Below, one piece after another: positions 1 through 8,874 of a DNA stretch of 39,733 nucleotides. The stretch's first letter is position 1. Every line of letters begins with the position of its first letter. Position numbers and translations under genes: made by a program. The notes beneath the pieces were generated by a model, which saw only the letters and a list, made by a program, of their open reading frames with translations, had not been told where the DNA came from and searched no databases. Origin of the DNA: a virus; the IMG/VR virus record IMGVR_UViG_3300031084_000003, positions 1 to 39,733 of that record. One strand, given 5' to 3'.

Positions 1-127
1 GCTGACTCGTTCCCGTTCGGCAAAATGCAGTCTGATTCCGTCGGTGGTTATGCCGACGTGCTGATCGTTCAGTAATGGCCCTCGCCCGTTTCAGAGAAGT
101 GGCTGACCGTGTGGACGCATTGCTGGT
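1..127. repeat. Terminal direct repeat, copy 1 (identical to 39607..39733); overlap of a circular or circularly permuted assembly
   Basis: Read directly: bases 1..127 are the same string as 39607..39733. So 1..75 is a second copy of the 3' end of CDS 39361..39681, and the unique length is 39606 bp. Confidence 0.95.
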
Positions 128-458
128 TAGTCGTTTGGGCGATCCGGTCACCCTCGCAGACGGGCGCGACATATCAGGGGCCTTTGCCTCCCCATTTGTC
201 GGCGCCGAAATTGGCGGAGGGAAAACCGGAGCAGCACGCCTGGGCGGGGCAATCAACGCCGACGAGGTGTTAGAGCCCACCCTGACCGCGCGAGTGGTCG
301 ACGTGCAAGGCGTCAAAAAGGGCGACCATTTAACCATTGAGCTGCCGCCCCTGTTGGGTGGTGGCCGTTATAAGGTTGTCCGTCTAAAGCCCGATGGTTC
401 CGGCATGGTCGACTTAGTATTGAGTGTGTCCAATGAGCGAACTGACGACATTACATGA
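75..458 (+). CDS. Head-tail joining protein, lambda gpFII-like
   Basis: 127-aa ORF whose ATG overlaps the stop of the preceding head gene (TAATG). By eye, the pattern G.F..P...EPTL..RV.DV..V.KGD.LTI...Y.V..L.PDGSG..L.L resembles lambda FII. It sits directly after the capsid genes. Confidence 0.65.
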   Translation: MALARFREVADRVDALLVSRLGDPVTLADGRDISGAFASPFVGAEIGGGKTGAARLGGAINADEVLEPTLTARVVDVQGVKKGDHLTIELPPLLGGGRYKVVRLKPDGSGMVDLVLSVSNERTDDIT

Positions 459-939
459 TGCGATCACTCGCATTATTAGCAAACAGATGCCCCGAGTTGT
501 GCATGTTGAACAGTTCCCCGAATTGGGTGCTGAGGTTATGACGCCGGCGCTGTTGTACGGGATCACTGATATGGCCCCGGGCCAGGATCGGGGGGAGGGG
601 AAAACGGCGATCATTGGTCGTTTCCAATCCTGCATTCTGGTGGAGGCAGACCGGCCCAAAGCATCGCTCCAAGCCGCTATCTTGGCTGGCCAAATGATGA
701 CGGTGCTAAAGGATCAGCTTTGGGATTTGGATTTTGTTACCGGCCCGCCGGCGCAGGTCCACGCCCAGCCTGAAGCCCCAACGCCTGAGCTTGAACAGTT
801 CGTCATGTGGTCGGTTCAATGGATTCAGCCTTTCGAGGTGGGCGAGTTCACTTGGCCATGGCCTGATGAGCCGCCCGGGTCTTTGCTGGTCGAAATCGAG
901 CCTGGCGACGGCCCGGTTGCGCCCGAGGATCTGACGTGA
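433..939 (+). CDS. Putative neck / tail-completion protein
   Basis: ORF 424..939, with the first ATG at 433. It lies between the head-joining gene and baseplate gene V and overlaps both neighbours (its stop overlaps the V start as GTGA). No motif recognised. Confidence 0.55.
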   Translation: MSELTTLHDAITRIISKQMPRVVHVEQFPELGAEVMTPALLYGITDMAPGQDRGEGKTAIIGRFQSCILVEADRPKASLQAAILAGQMMTVLKDQLWDLDFVTGPPAQVHAQPEAPTPELEQFVMWSVQWIQPFEVGEFTWPWPDEPPGSLLVEIEPGDGPVAPEDLT

Positions 940-1541
940 GCTACGTCAGTGCGGAGCATGACCGCATGATCGCCGCCATGCTGATGCCTTGTGTGGTGGT
1001 CGGCGTGGATCTGGCGGCCCCGGCGGTGCGTGTCGGCAATGGCGAATGGACCAGCGCCTGGGTGCGTTGGCATAGCCTGGCGGCCGGCAAGGCGCGACAC
1101 TGGCGCGCGCCCAGCCTGGGCGAGCAGGGGGTGTTGTTCAATCCCAGCGGCCAGGCAGGCATGGGCACGTTTATTCCAGGGCTGTACGGCAATGCCGGCG
1201 GCCCGCCGGATAACCGCGACCATGTGGAGGTGTGGCGCTTTGATGATGGTGGATCCCTGGTTTATGACTGGGAGGCCAAGAGCTACACAATCGCCCTGCC
1301 TACCGGCACGGTCACTATCAAGGTGGGCAGCACGGTTGTAACCGTTACGGATAACGCAGTGAATGCGACGGTTGGCGGTACCGAGTTCGATCTAGCGCCC
1401 GGTTGGGCCGCGATCAAATCGCCTCAGATAGCGTTGATCGGTGCGGTAGAGATCGACGGCCCGTTACACGTAACGCAGACCATCACCGGTGATGCCGATA
1501 TCTTGGCGGCCGGTAACAGCGACAACCACCACAAGCATTAA
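936..1541 (+). CDS. V: Baseplate spike / assembly protein, P2 gpV-like
   Basis: 201 aa. The N-terminal half (VVVGVDLAAPAVRVGNGEWTSAWVRW...HWRAPSLGEQGVLF...GTFIPGLYG) parallels the P2 gpV pattern by eye. Followed by W, J and I in P2 order. Confidence 0.85.
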   Translation: MSYVSAEHDRMIAAMLMPCVVVGVDLAAPAVRVGNGEWTSAWVRWHSLAAGKARHWRAPSLGEQGVLFNPSGQAGMGTFIPGLYGNAGGPPDNRDHVEVWRFDDGGSLVYDWEAKSYTIALPTGTVTIKVGSTVVTVTDNAVNATVGGTEFDLAPGWAAIKSPQIALIGAVEIDGPLHVTQTITGDADILAAGNSDNHHKH

Positions 1542-1557
1542 CCAAAATCACCTACAG

Positions 1558-1578
1558 CCCGCCGCGTGCGGGTTTTTT
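1558..1578 (+). terminator. Hairpin plus T6, candidate intrinsic terminator after V
   Basis: CCCGC-cgcgt-GCGGG followed by TTTTTT. The same 15-mer cccgccgcgtgcggg recurs at 14115..14129. Confidence 0.5.
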
Positions 1579-1595
1579 CATGCCCGGAGAAAATC

Positions 1596-1805
1596 ATGGC
1601 CAAGACCATCGAAAAGCCCGTAACCGACGAACAAGCCCCGTCCCTGACGTTCCGCGATCTGGTCTACACATCGCGCACGCTGGTTGTGCCTGGCACCGAA
1701 CGCACTTACCCAGTGGTCAAGGCCCTGGTAGTGGTGCCGGAGTCTGACAAAGAGGCTGTGGTCTTCCTGAAGGCCAGCAGCGAATACGCCGCCCAGGAGG
1801 GCTAA
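1596..1805 (+). CDS. Hypothetical 69-aa protein inserted between baseplate genes V and W
   Basis: ATG at 1596 preceded by GGAGA, and preceded by the hairpin/T-run at 1558..1578. No recognisable motif. Confidence 0.55.
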   Translation: MAKTIEKPVTDEQAPSLTFRDLVYTSRTLVVPGTERTYPVVKALVVVPESDKEAVVFLKASSEYAAQEG

Positions 1806-1810
1806 GCCAG

Positions 1811-2137
1811 ATGATCGGAATGGATCGCCACACCGGGCAGCCCATATCCGGCATCGAGCATCTGCGGCAGTCCATCGCCGATATCTTGAGTACGCCCCTT
1901 GGCAGTCGCCGGCACCGGCCGGACTACGGCAGCAAGCTACGCGGGTTTGTTGACTTGCCAATCAACGCTGGCTGGAAAAGTGCAGTTCAGGCCGAAGCGG
2001 CTCATGCCCTCGGCCGAAATGAGCCGCGCCTGAAGCTTGAGCGCGTAACGGCACTGTCGCTGCTGGACGGGAAAATCAATATGAGCGTTGCCGGCGAGTA
2101 CCTGGGCGACAGCTTTGTCTTGGAGGTAAGCGTATGA
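1811..2137 (+). CDS. W: Baseplate wedge protein, P2 gpW / T4 gp25-like
   Basis: 108 aa. GIEHLRQSIADILSTPLGSRRHRPDYGSKL is the typical GPW_gp25 N-terminal signature. ATGA overlap with J. Confidence 0.9.
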   Translation: MIGMDRHTGQPISGIEHLRQSIADILSTPLGSRRHRPDYGSKLRGFVDLPINAGWKSAVQAEAAHALGRNEPRLKLERVTALSLLDGKINMSVAGEYLGDSFVLEVSV

Positions 2138-3036
2138 GCATCGTGGATTTGTCGGCCTTGCCGGCGCCGGAGGTGCTTGAGCCGCTGGACTTCGAAGATG
2201 TCTACGGCGAAGCGTTGTCAGCGTTTCGCGGCTACATGGGCGACAACTGGAACGCCGCGCTGGAAAGCGATCCGGTCACCAAGGTGCTGGAGGTGGGGGC
2301 TTATAACAAGGTTGGCAACCGCGCCCGGGTTAACGATGCATGCAAGGCACTGCTGTTGGCACACGCCATCAAGGGCGACCTTGATCAACTGGGCGCGAAC
2401 GTCAATTTGAAACGCCTGGTGATTCAGCAGGAGGACCTGCAGGCGGTCCCGCCGGTGGCTGAAGTCCTTGAGGATGATGATTCGTTTCGTGAGCGGATCC
2501 AGTTGGCCTATGAGGGGCTGACCACGGCGGGCCCGCGTAACAGCTACATCCTGCATGCGCGTAACGCGTCCGGCTTCGTGCGGGATGCCACTGCGGAAAG
2601 CCCTTCGCCAGCGCGCGTTACCGTAACGGTGTTGAGCACGGAAGGGGACGGAACATCCGCGCCGGATTTGTTGGCCACGGTCGCTAAGGCTCTGAATGAC
2701 GAGGACGTCCGCCCATTGGGCGACCGGGTAACCGTCCAAGGCGCCGAAATTCTGAATTACCGAGTTGACGCGATCCTGCACATGAATAGTGCGGGGCCAG
2801 AAGGTGACGCGGCCCTGGCCGAGGCAAAAAGCCGACTAGCGAAGTGGATCAACCCCCGTAAACGCCTAGGTGTTGAGGTGGCGCGGTCTGCTGTGGATGC
2901 TCAGTTGCACGTTGCTGGCGTTTCGCGGGTCGAGCTGACCGGGTGGGCCGACCTATCACCTACCAAGGCGCAGGCGGCGTATTGCACCGGTTATGACGTG
3001 AGGTTGGCGGATGAGAAGCCTACTGCCCAGCAATAG
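2134..3036 (+). CDS. J: Baseplate protein, P2 gpJ-like
   Basis: 300 aa. Position and size match P2 J, with translational coupling to W and I. Confidence 0.85.
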   Translation: MSIVDLSALPAPEVLEPLDFEDVYGEALSAFRGYMGDNWNAALESDPVTKVLEVGAYNKVGNRARVNDACKALLLAHAIKGDLDQLGANVNLKRLVIQQEDLQAVPPVAEVLEDDDSFRERIQLAYEGLTTAGPRNSYILHARNASGFVRDATAESPSPARVTVTVLSTEGDGTSAPDLLATVAKALNDEDVRPLGDRVTVQGAEILNYRVDAILHMNSAGPEGDAALAEAKSRLAKWINPRKRLGVEVARSAVDAQLHVAGVSRVELTGWADLSPTKAQAAYCTGYDVRLADEKPTAQQ

Positions 3037-3616
3037 CACGCAGTTAGAGCGGGCCCTTGAGGCTGCGCTTTACGAAAAAACCATTGTTCCGTTGCGCACG
3101 CTCTACAACGCCGATACCTGTCCGGCTCACTTACTTCTGCATCTGGCGTGGGCCTGGTCGGTTGATCGCTGGGATTACCGGTGGAATGAGGCGACCAAGC
3201 GTGCCGCTATCAAGGCCTCGTATTACATCCATAAGCACAAAGGCACGATTGGTGCGCTGCGCCGAGTGGTCGAACCCCTGGGCTACCTGATCGAGGTCAT
3301 GGAGTGGTGGCAGACGGTGCCCGAGGGGGTTCCGGGCACGTTCGCCCTGAAGGTCGGCGTTCTGGATACCGGTATTACCGAAGAAATGTACGACGAGCTG
3401 ACCCGGCTCATTGATGACGCCAAGCCCGTCAGTCGGCACATGACCGGGTTGGCGATCAGTTTGGAGACCACCGGTTACATCGGCGTCGGCGCCTGTGTAA
3501 GCGAGGGTGAAGTGATCGACGTTTACCCACCAACCCCCCGCGATATCGAGGTGACCGGCACTTATGGCCTGGTCATGTGTATTGATGAAATTGACACCCT
3601 GGACGTGTATCCATGA
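3011..3616 (+). CDS. I: Tail protein, P2 gpI-like
   Basis: 201 aa starting MRSLLPSNSTQLERALEAA..., the characteristic gpI N-terminus. P2 gene order. Confidence 0.85.
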   Translation: MRSLLPSNSTQLERALEAALYEKTIVPLRTLYNADTCPAHLLLHLAWAWSVDRWDYRWNEATKRAAIKASYYIHKHKGTIGALRRVVEPLGYLIEVMEWWQTVPEGVPGTFALKVGVLDTGITEEMYDELTRLIDDAKPVSRHMTGLAISLETTGYIGVGACVSEGEVIDVYPPTPRDIEVTGTYGLVMCIDEIDTLDVYP

Positions 3617-5610
3617 TTGATCAGAACAGTCAGTTCTTTGCCATCCTCACGGCAGTGGGAGAGGCGAAACAGGCAAACGCTACCGCCCTAGGCCAGTCCT
3701 GGACGTTTTCCCAAATGGGCGTGGGTGATGCCAACGACACCGACCCAATCCCCAATCGCGCGCAAACCCGCCTGATCAACGAATGGCGCCGCGCAGGGGT
3801 CAATCAGGTGCGAACCGATCCGGCTAACCCGAACATCATCATCACCGAGCAGGTAATTCCCGCCGACGTGGGCGGTAAGTGGATTCGGGAAATCGGTCTG
3901 TATGACGCAGATGGTGACATGGTGGCGGTGGCCAACTGTGCGCCCAGCTTCAAGCCTTTGCTTGTGCAGGGGACCGGCAAGACCCAAATCATTCGGATGA
4001 ATTTCATCGTCTCGAATGCCGCGAGCGTCGTCCTGAAGATTGACCCGTCGATTGTATTGGCGACCCGCGAATACGTTGATGCTCAGATTGTTGAAGCCAT
4101 GGCAAAAATGGACTTCAAACACTCGGTGTTGGTGGCTACAACGGCCAACATCGCCTTGAGCGGCGTGCAGACTATCGACGGCGTTCTGTTGCCGGCGGAG
4201 GCGCGCGTTCTGGTGAAGAATCAGACGGTCGCCAAGGAAAACGGCTTGTATGTAGTTTCTTCGACCGGCGTATGGAAGCGCACCCAGGACGCAGACAGTA
4301 GCGTCGAGGTGACGCCGGGCCTGTTCGTCAGTGTAGAAACCGGCACCGTCAACGGCGACAGCGTTTGGCAGTTGGTGACGGATGCGCCGATTGTGCTGGG
4401 CACGACAGCTCTGGCTTTTGAAATGGCTGTGGGTCGTACAGGGGTCAGTGCTGGCTCTTACGCCAATGTCACCGTCGACAAATACGGTCGAGTAATCGCC
4501 GGCACCAACCCGACAACGCTTGCGGGATATGGGATTACCGACGCTATTTTGTCCACGCCACAAACGGGTGTGGTCGGCAAAATTGCTGACATCATGAAGC
4601 ATGCCGTTGGGGTGTCTGCGAGCGGGACTACTGACAGTCACCCAGAATCAAACGGCGGCTTATTTCTGCACATGAAATATCCGGGTGTTACTGCTACGGC
4701 GTTTGACATTTTTGGGCATGTAGGCGGCGGCTATGACATCTTTGGCTTTCGCCGCGTGCTTGCTGATGGCAGCTATGTGTGGAGGACGGTGTGGCATAGC
4801 GGAAACTTCGACCCGACTCTCAAAGCCAACCTCGCATCCCCTGCGTTTACTGGTCTGCCTACGGCCCCGCTGGCCCCGGCGGCCAATAGCAATCAGGTGG
4901 CAAACACTGCATTCGTCTGGAACGCGGTGAACACTTATGCAACCACTGTTACCGCATCTCTTGCCGGAAAGGCTGATAAAGATAAAGCGCTAGCTGTTGG
5001 CGTTATCAGTCAGCAGCAGCCAGTGCTGGCATCACCAAGTACCGGATCCAGCGCCGCTTCTGGCGGTTTGATTATTCGAGAAGCGACGGCGGTGGGGGCG
5101 GCTCAATCCGGCGAGGATTTCAGCCCAGGGATCGGTTTCTACTGGCTTGGGCAAGCTGCTGGAAAGCTGATAATGGATGCTTTCGGAAAATTGAAGTGGA
5201 ACGGCTTGCCAGTACTGACGGGCGCTGTAGCGAATCAAAGCGAGGTCGACACCGGCAGCACTGACACCAACGTCGTCACCCCGTTCAAAATGCGCTTCGG
5301 GTTCGCGATGAGCTTTACGGCAGCCAGCGGCTACGTGTTGTTTCCAACCTGGCTGGGCGGCTTGTTGTTCCAATACGGGCGGCTCTCTTTGCCCGGTGAT
5401 TCCGGTCAGCTATTTACTTGGCCTCTCGCCTGGCCAGATAAGTGCTATTCGCTAAGCGGCGCGGTTTTGAGTGCCTTCGCGCGGCAAGAGGATAGCGTTA
5501 CACCTCAATTCCGTCTGCTGACAAAAGTCGACGTGGTTATCGAGCGACAAGATAGCTACACGGTGACGGCCAACAACCGCGACATCTTTGTATTGGGGAT
5601 GGGCAAATAA
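3613..5610 (+). CDS. H: Tail fiber protein (P2 gpH-like N-terminus)
   Basis: 665 aa. The N-terminal roughly 150 aa (SQFFAILT..G.AK.ANA...W.F..MGVGDAN...P....QT.L.NE..R) is the conserved tail-collar fiber domain. The C-terminus is divergent. Confidence 0.85.
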   Translation: MIDQNSQFFAILTAVGEAKQANATALGQSWTFSQMGVGDANDTDPIPNRAQTRLINEWRRAGVNQVRTDPANPNIIITEQVIPADVGGKWIREIGLYDADGDMVAVANCAPSFKPLLVQGTGKTQIIRMNFIVSNAASVVLKIDPSIVLATREYVDAQIVEAMAKMDFKHSVLVATTANIALSGVQTIDGVLLPAEARVLVKNQTVAKENGLYVVSSTGVWKRTQDADSSVEVTPGLFVSVETGTVNGDSVWQLVTDAPIVLGTTALAFEMAVGRTGVSAGSYANVTVDKYGRVIAGTNPTTLAGYGITDAILSTPQTGVVGKIADIMKHAVGVSASGTTDSHPESNGGLFLHMKYPGVTATAFDIFGHVGGGYDIFGFRRVLADGSYVWRTVWHSGNFDPTLKANLASPAFTGLPTAPLAPAANSNQVANTAFVWNAVNTYATTVTASLAGKADKDKALAVGVISQQQPVLASPSTGSSAASGGLIIREATAVGAAQSGEDFSPGIGFYWLGQAAGKLIMDAFGKLKWNGLPVLTGAVANQSEVDTGSTDTNVVTPFKMRFGFAMSFTAASGYVLFPTWLGGLLFQYGRLSLPGDSGQLFTWPLAWPDKCYSLSGAVLSAFARQEDSVTPQFRLLTKVDVVIERQDSYTVTANNRDIFVLGMGK

Positions 5611-6039
5611 ATGGCGATCCTTTTTTGTGCAGAAACTTGCGGCTTTTACCTGCCGGGAATGCAGCCCAAAGGCTTGGGGTGTGTGGAGATAACGAAGTTA
5701 GAGCATGAGGAGCTGCGGGCGCAAAACGCCGCTGGCAAGATCATCAGTGCAGGGCCTGGCGGTGTCCCTGTTGCCATTGATCCGCCGCCACCTACGAGCG
5801 AAGAAATGGCCGTCAAGGAGCGTGGATGGCGTGATATTCAGGTATCCCAGGCGGCGATCCTGCGAGACCGTCACCGCGATCAGCAGGAGATAGGGGCAGA
5901 GACGGCGCTTACGCCTGAGCAATTCAAGGCGCTGCTTGTGTACATGCAGGCACTACGTGACTGGCCGCAATCGCCGGACTTCCCTGATAGCGAGCATCGC
6001 CCCGGCGCGCCGGCCTGGCTCGCCGAGCAATCCCAATAA
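5611..6039 (+). CDS. G: Tail fiber assembly chaperone (gpG-like)
   Basis: 142 aa immediately after the fiber gene. The N-terminal F...GFY and C-terminal LT.EQ...L..Y..ALRDWP pattern is typical of fiber assembly proteins. Confidence 0.7.
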   Translation: MAILFCAETCGFYLPGMQPKGLGCVEITKLEHEELRAQNAAGKIISAGPGGVPVAIDPPPPTSEEMAVKERGWRDIQVSQAAILRDRHRDQQEIGAETALTPEQFKALLVYMQALRDWPQSPDFPDSEHRPGAPAWLAEQSQ

Positions 6040-6069
6040 CGCCCCGCACTGACGGGGCGTTTTCTTTTC
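6040..6069 (+). terminator. Intrinsic terminator after the fiber-chaperone gene
   Basis: CGCCCCG-cactga-CGGGGCG followed by TTTTCTTTT. Confidence 0.7.
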
Positions 6070-6094
6070 CGCTTTTCCTTCTGGAAGTACAACG

Positions 6095-6769
6095 ATGAAA
6101 AACGCTTTCAATAGCGCGGCCTGGCTGTGCGCGTTCGTTTTGGCCGGGTTGCAGTGGTTGGGCTTGGTGCTGTTGCGCCTGGTGCTGATCGTCCTGGGCG
6201 TGCCAGTGGTTGCCGTAGCGGTGCTATTCCCGGTTGCCGGGGTGTCGCTGAGCGATGCCCGCCCCATCGTCAACCTGCGCCGCTGGGCCTGGCTCTTTGG
6301 CAATGACTTCGACGGACTCGACGGCGATAAGCGCAACTGGTGGGCCGACAACTGCGACGCCCTGGTGATGTTCGGTCTGCTCCCGCTGCTGCGGCGCGCT
6401 GGTTTGCCGATCGGCACCCTTGCGGTCACCAGTTGGCTTGCCCGCTGGTGGTGGGCAGCTCTGCGCAACCCTGTGAACAACATGCGGCTACTGCCGGTAT
6501 TCAGTTGCCCGGTGAGCGAGTGCCTGATTGATCACCTCGGCGCGGCGCTGGTTGAGGATAAGCCCGGGCAATCTGGCTGGCAGTTCGTCAGCGCCCGGCG
6601 CCCTGATGGCCTGGCTCGTTGGTACGGGCTGTATTGCGTATGGCAACTGAGCGCCGAGCGGGCTTTTGTGTTGCGCCTGGGCTTCAAGATCAAGCCAGAA
6701 CATGCGATGGCCACCGGTGAGCCGGCCAAAGGGATGACGTTCAAGCTCAACCCTTTGAAGTCCATTTAA
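6095..6769 (+). CDS. Integral membrane protein of unknown function (moron at the P2 Z/fun position)
   Basis: 224 aa. Two strongly hydrophobic N-terminal segments (AAWLCAFVLAGLQWLGLVLLRLVLIVLGVPVVAVAVLFPVAGV), a W/R-rich middle and an RNPVNN motif. Bracketed by terminators at 6040 and 6827. Confidence 0.75.
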   Translation: MKNAFNSAAWLCAFVLAGLQWLGLVLLRLVLIVLGVPVVAVAVLFPVAGVSLSDARPIVNLRRWAWLFGNDFDGLDGDKRNWWADNCDALVMFGLLPLLRRAGLPIGTLAVTSWLARWWWAALRNPVNNMRLLPVFSCPVSECLIDHLGAALVEDKPGQSGWQFVSARRPDGLARWYGLYCVWQLSAERAFVLRLGFKIKPEHAMATGEPAKGMTFKLNPLKSI

Positions 6770-6800
6770 CCCAAGCCGGCATCCGTTCCGGATCGCCAAG

Positions 6801-6814
6801 CGTTACGCGTAACG
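6801..6814. promoter_or_regulatory. Palindrome CGTTACGCGTAACG (16-mer GCGTTACGCGTAACGC at 6800..6815), about 58 nt upstream of the sheath ATG
   Basis: Perfect copy of the dispersed palindrome family described in findings. Confidence 0.6.
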
Positions 6815-6826
6815 CGATCAACCTAC

Positions 6827-6855
6827 GGCCTCGCTTATGCGGGGCTTTTTCGTTT
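6827..6855 (+). terminator. Intrinsic terminator directly upstream of the sheath gene
   Basis: GGCCTCGC-ttat-GCGGGGCT with a T5 run, ending 17 nt before the ATG at 6872. Confidence 0.6.
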
Positions 6856-6871
6856 CTGGAGATTGAGCCTT

Positions 6872-8038
6872 ATGAGTTTCTTTCACGGTATCACCACTTC
6901 GCTGATCGACACGGGACCGCGCACTATCTCGCTCCCGTCGTCCTCGATCATCGGCCTGTGCGACACCTTCACCCCTGGCGTCCTCGGTGGTGGTAGTGCC
7001 AAGGCTGGCGAGCTGAAGCTGATCACGTCCGAGCGCGAAGCCATTGCCGCGTTCGGTACCGATTCTGCAATCACCCGGGCTTGTCAGGCGATCTATGTTC
7101 GGGCGAAGGCTGTAATCGTCGCCGTTGGCGTCCCTAAGCTCGCTGACGCCGCGCTGCAAGCGTCCGCGATCATCGGTGGCGTTCTGGCGGACGGGCACCG
7201 CACGGGGCTCCAGGCGCTGCTGGACGGCAAGAGCCGGCACAACGCCCAGCCCAAACTGCTGATCGCCCCGGGGCACTCGGCCACCCAGGCGGTGGCCACT
7301 GCCATGGATGCCCTGGCGGGCAAGCTGAGGGCGATTGCCATTGTCGACGGCCCGAACACCACCGACGAGGCCGCCATGGCCTACGCCTTGAACTTCGGCA
7401 GTAAGCGCATCTACTTGGTGGATCCGGGCGTGCAGTTCTGGAGCACCGTCGAAAGCGCGACGGTGGATGCCCCGGCTTCGGCCTGGGTGGCGGGCTTGTT
7501 TGCCTGGACCGATGCCGAGTACGGCTACTGGGCGTCGCCGTCGAACAAAGAGTTTGTCGGCATCACCGGTACCACCCGGCCGGTGGAGTACTTGGACGGC
7601 GATGAGACGTGCCGGGCCAACCTGCTCAATAACGCGAACATCACCACGATTATTCGCGATGGCGGTTACCGCCTGTGGGGCAACCGTACCTGTTCGGCGG
7701 ATGCCAAGTGGTCGTTTGTTACCCGCGTGCGTACCTGCGACATCCTCATGGATGCGATCCAGGCGGGCCACAAGTGGGCCGTAGACCGCTCGATCACGAA
7801 GACCTATGTGTCCGACGTCACCGAGGGTCTTCAAGCCTTCATGCGTGACCAGAAGAACGCGGGCGCGGTGATCAACTTCGAAGTTTACGCGGACACCGAG
7901 CGGAACACTGCCAGCCAAATCGAGCAGGGCAAAATCTACTGGCGCATTCGCTTTACCGACGTGCCGCCGGCCGAGAACCCGAATTTCCTGATCGAAGTCA
8001 CCAACGAGTGGCTGACCGAAGTACTTGAAGCAGCCTAA
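6872..8038 (+). CDS. FI: Contractile tail sheath protein, P2 FI-like
   Basis: The ORF opens at 6863 (TTG). The ATG at 6872 gives MSFFHGITTS.I..G.R.I, matching the P2 FI N-terminus pattern. 388 aa. Confidence 0.9.
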   Translation: MSFFHGITTSLIDTGPRTISLPSSSIIGLCDTFTPGVLGGGSAKAGELKLITSEREAIAAFGTDSAITRACQAIYVRAKAVIVAVGVPKLADAALQASAIIGGVLADGHRTGLQALLDGKSRHNAQPKLLIAPGHSATQAVATAMDALAGKLRAIAIVDGPNTTDEAAMAYALNFGSKRIYLVDPGVQFWSTVESATVDAPASAWVAGLFAWTDAEYGYWASPSNKEFVGITGTTRPVEYLDGDETCRANLLNNANITTIIRDGGYRLWGNRTCSADAKWSFVTRVRTCDILMDAIQAGHKWAVDRSITKTYVSDVTEGLQAFMRDQKNAGAVINFEVYADTERNTASQIEQGKIYWRIRFTDVPPAENPNFLIEVTNEWLTEVLEAA

Positions 8039-8050
8039 GGGGGCCGAGCA

Positions 8051-8554
8051 ATGATTCCTGAAATGTTGACCAACTGCGTCATGTTTGTTGATGGCGTGAG
8101 CTTTTCCGGTGATGTGCCGTCCATGACGCTGCCCAAGCTGTCGATTAAAACCGAGGAATATCGGGGGGGCGGCATGAGCGGTCCGGTCGACCTCCCCACC
8201 GGCTTGGAAAAGCTGGAAGCTGCATTCACCACCAACGGCGTGCGTAAAGAGGCTCTGAAGTTCTTCGGCCTGGCGGATCAGACCGCATGCAACCTTGTTT
8301 TCCGTGGTTCGTTCAAAGGTCAGAAAGGCACCGTCAAGTCGGTAACTGTGACGATGCGCGGATCGCTCAAAGAGGTTGATATGGGCGACTGGAAGCCAGG
8401 CGACAAAGCCGAAGTCAAACACGCCGTAGCCGTCACCTACTACAAGCTCGAAATCGACGGCCGTGTGATGTTCGAAATCGACTTTGCCAACATGGTGCAA
8501 GTGATCAACGGTGTTGATCAATTGGCCGCTGAACGTTCGGCCCTGGGCCTTTAA
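8051..8554 (+). CDS. FII: Tail tube protein, P2 FII-like
   Basis: 167 aa directly after the sheath gene. MIPEMLTNCVMFVDG... is typical of P2-type tubes. Confidence 0.85.
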   Translation: MIPEMLTNCVMFVDGVSFSGDVPSMTLPKLSIKTEEYRGGGMSGPVDLPTGLEKLEAAFTTNGVRKEALKFFGLADQTACNLVFRGSFKGQKGTVKSVTVTMRGSLKEVDMGDWKPGDKAEVKHAVAVTYYKLEIDGRVMFEIDFANMVQVINGVDQLAAERSALGL

Positions 8555-8565
8555 GGATTAACGAC

Positions 8566-8874
8566 ATGACCGATTCCCTCACTGCGCCGCTCCCTTCGTG
8601 GCTGGTCCTGAGCGACGACGGCGTTACGGTAACGCTCAAGCACAAGGCCAACTTTAATGGGGTTGTGACCGACAAACTCATGATGCGCGCGCCAAGCGTA
8701 AAGGATGTTATGGGCGCCAAGATCACCGGCAATGGTGACCATGAAAAAGTGGAGCTGAACCTGTTTTGCAGCTTGCTCACGGCCACCGAGGCAGAACTCA
8801 CGGCCCTCAAATACAAGGACTACATGCGCCTTCAGGCGGGCTATTTTCGCCTGGTTGAGGAAGACGACGTGTAA
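8566..8874 (+). CDS. E: Tail assembly chaperone, P2 gpE-like
   Basis: 102 aa between the tube and tape-measure genes. Confidence 0.8.
   Translation: MTDSLTAPLPSWLVLSDDGVTVTLKHKANFNGVVTDKLMMRAPSVKDVMGAKITGNGDHEKVELNLFCSLLTATEAELTALKYKDYMRLQAGYFRLVEEDDV

Noticed and set aside
1-75. Truncated gene fragment at the left edge, considered as a pseudogene
   Set aside because: It is simply the duplicated 3' end of CDS 39361..39681, created by the 127-nt assembly overlap.
3688-4641. 317-aa minus-strand ORF inside the tail fiber gene. Similar long antisense ORFs occur at 9233..9889, 10364..11452, 11537..12385, 19360..20016, 33450..33935 and 36502..37053.
   Set aside because: All are antisense or out-of-frame to genes with recognisable products or good initiation signals. 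They are Arg-rich, lack SD sequences and fit GC-rich shadow-ORF behaviour.
6818-8521. 567-aa ORF on the minus strand, the longest non-annotated ORF in the track
   Set aside because: It lies entirely antisense to the sheath and tube genes, which have clear family signatures. Its translation is Arg/Gly/His/Val-rich with no protein-like pattern. This is typical of shadow ORFs in GC-rich DNA.
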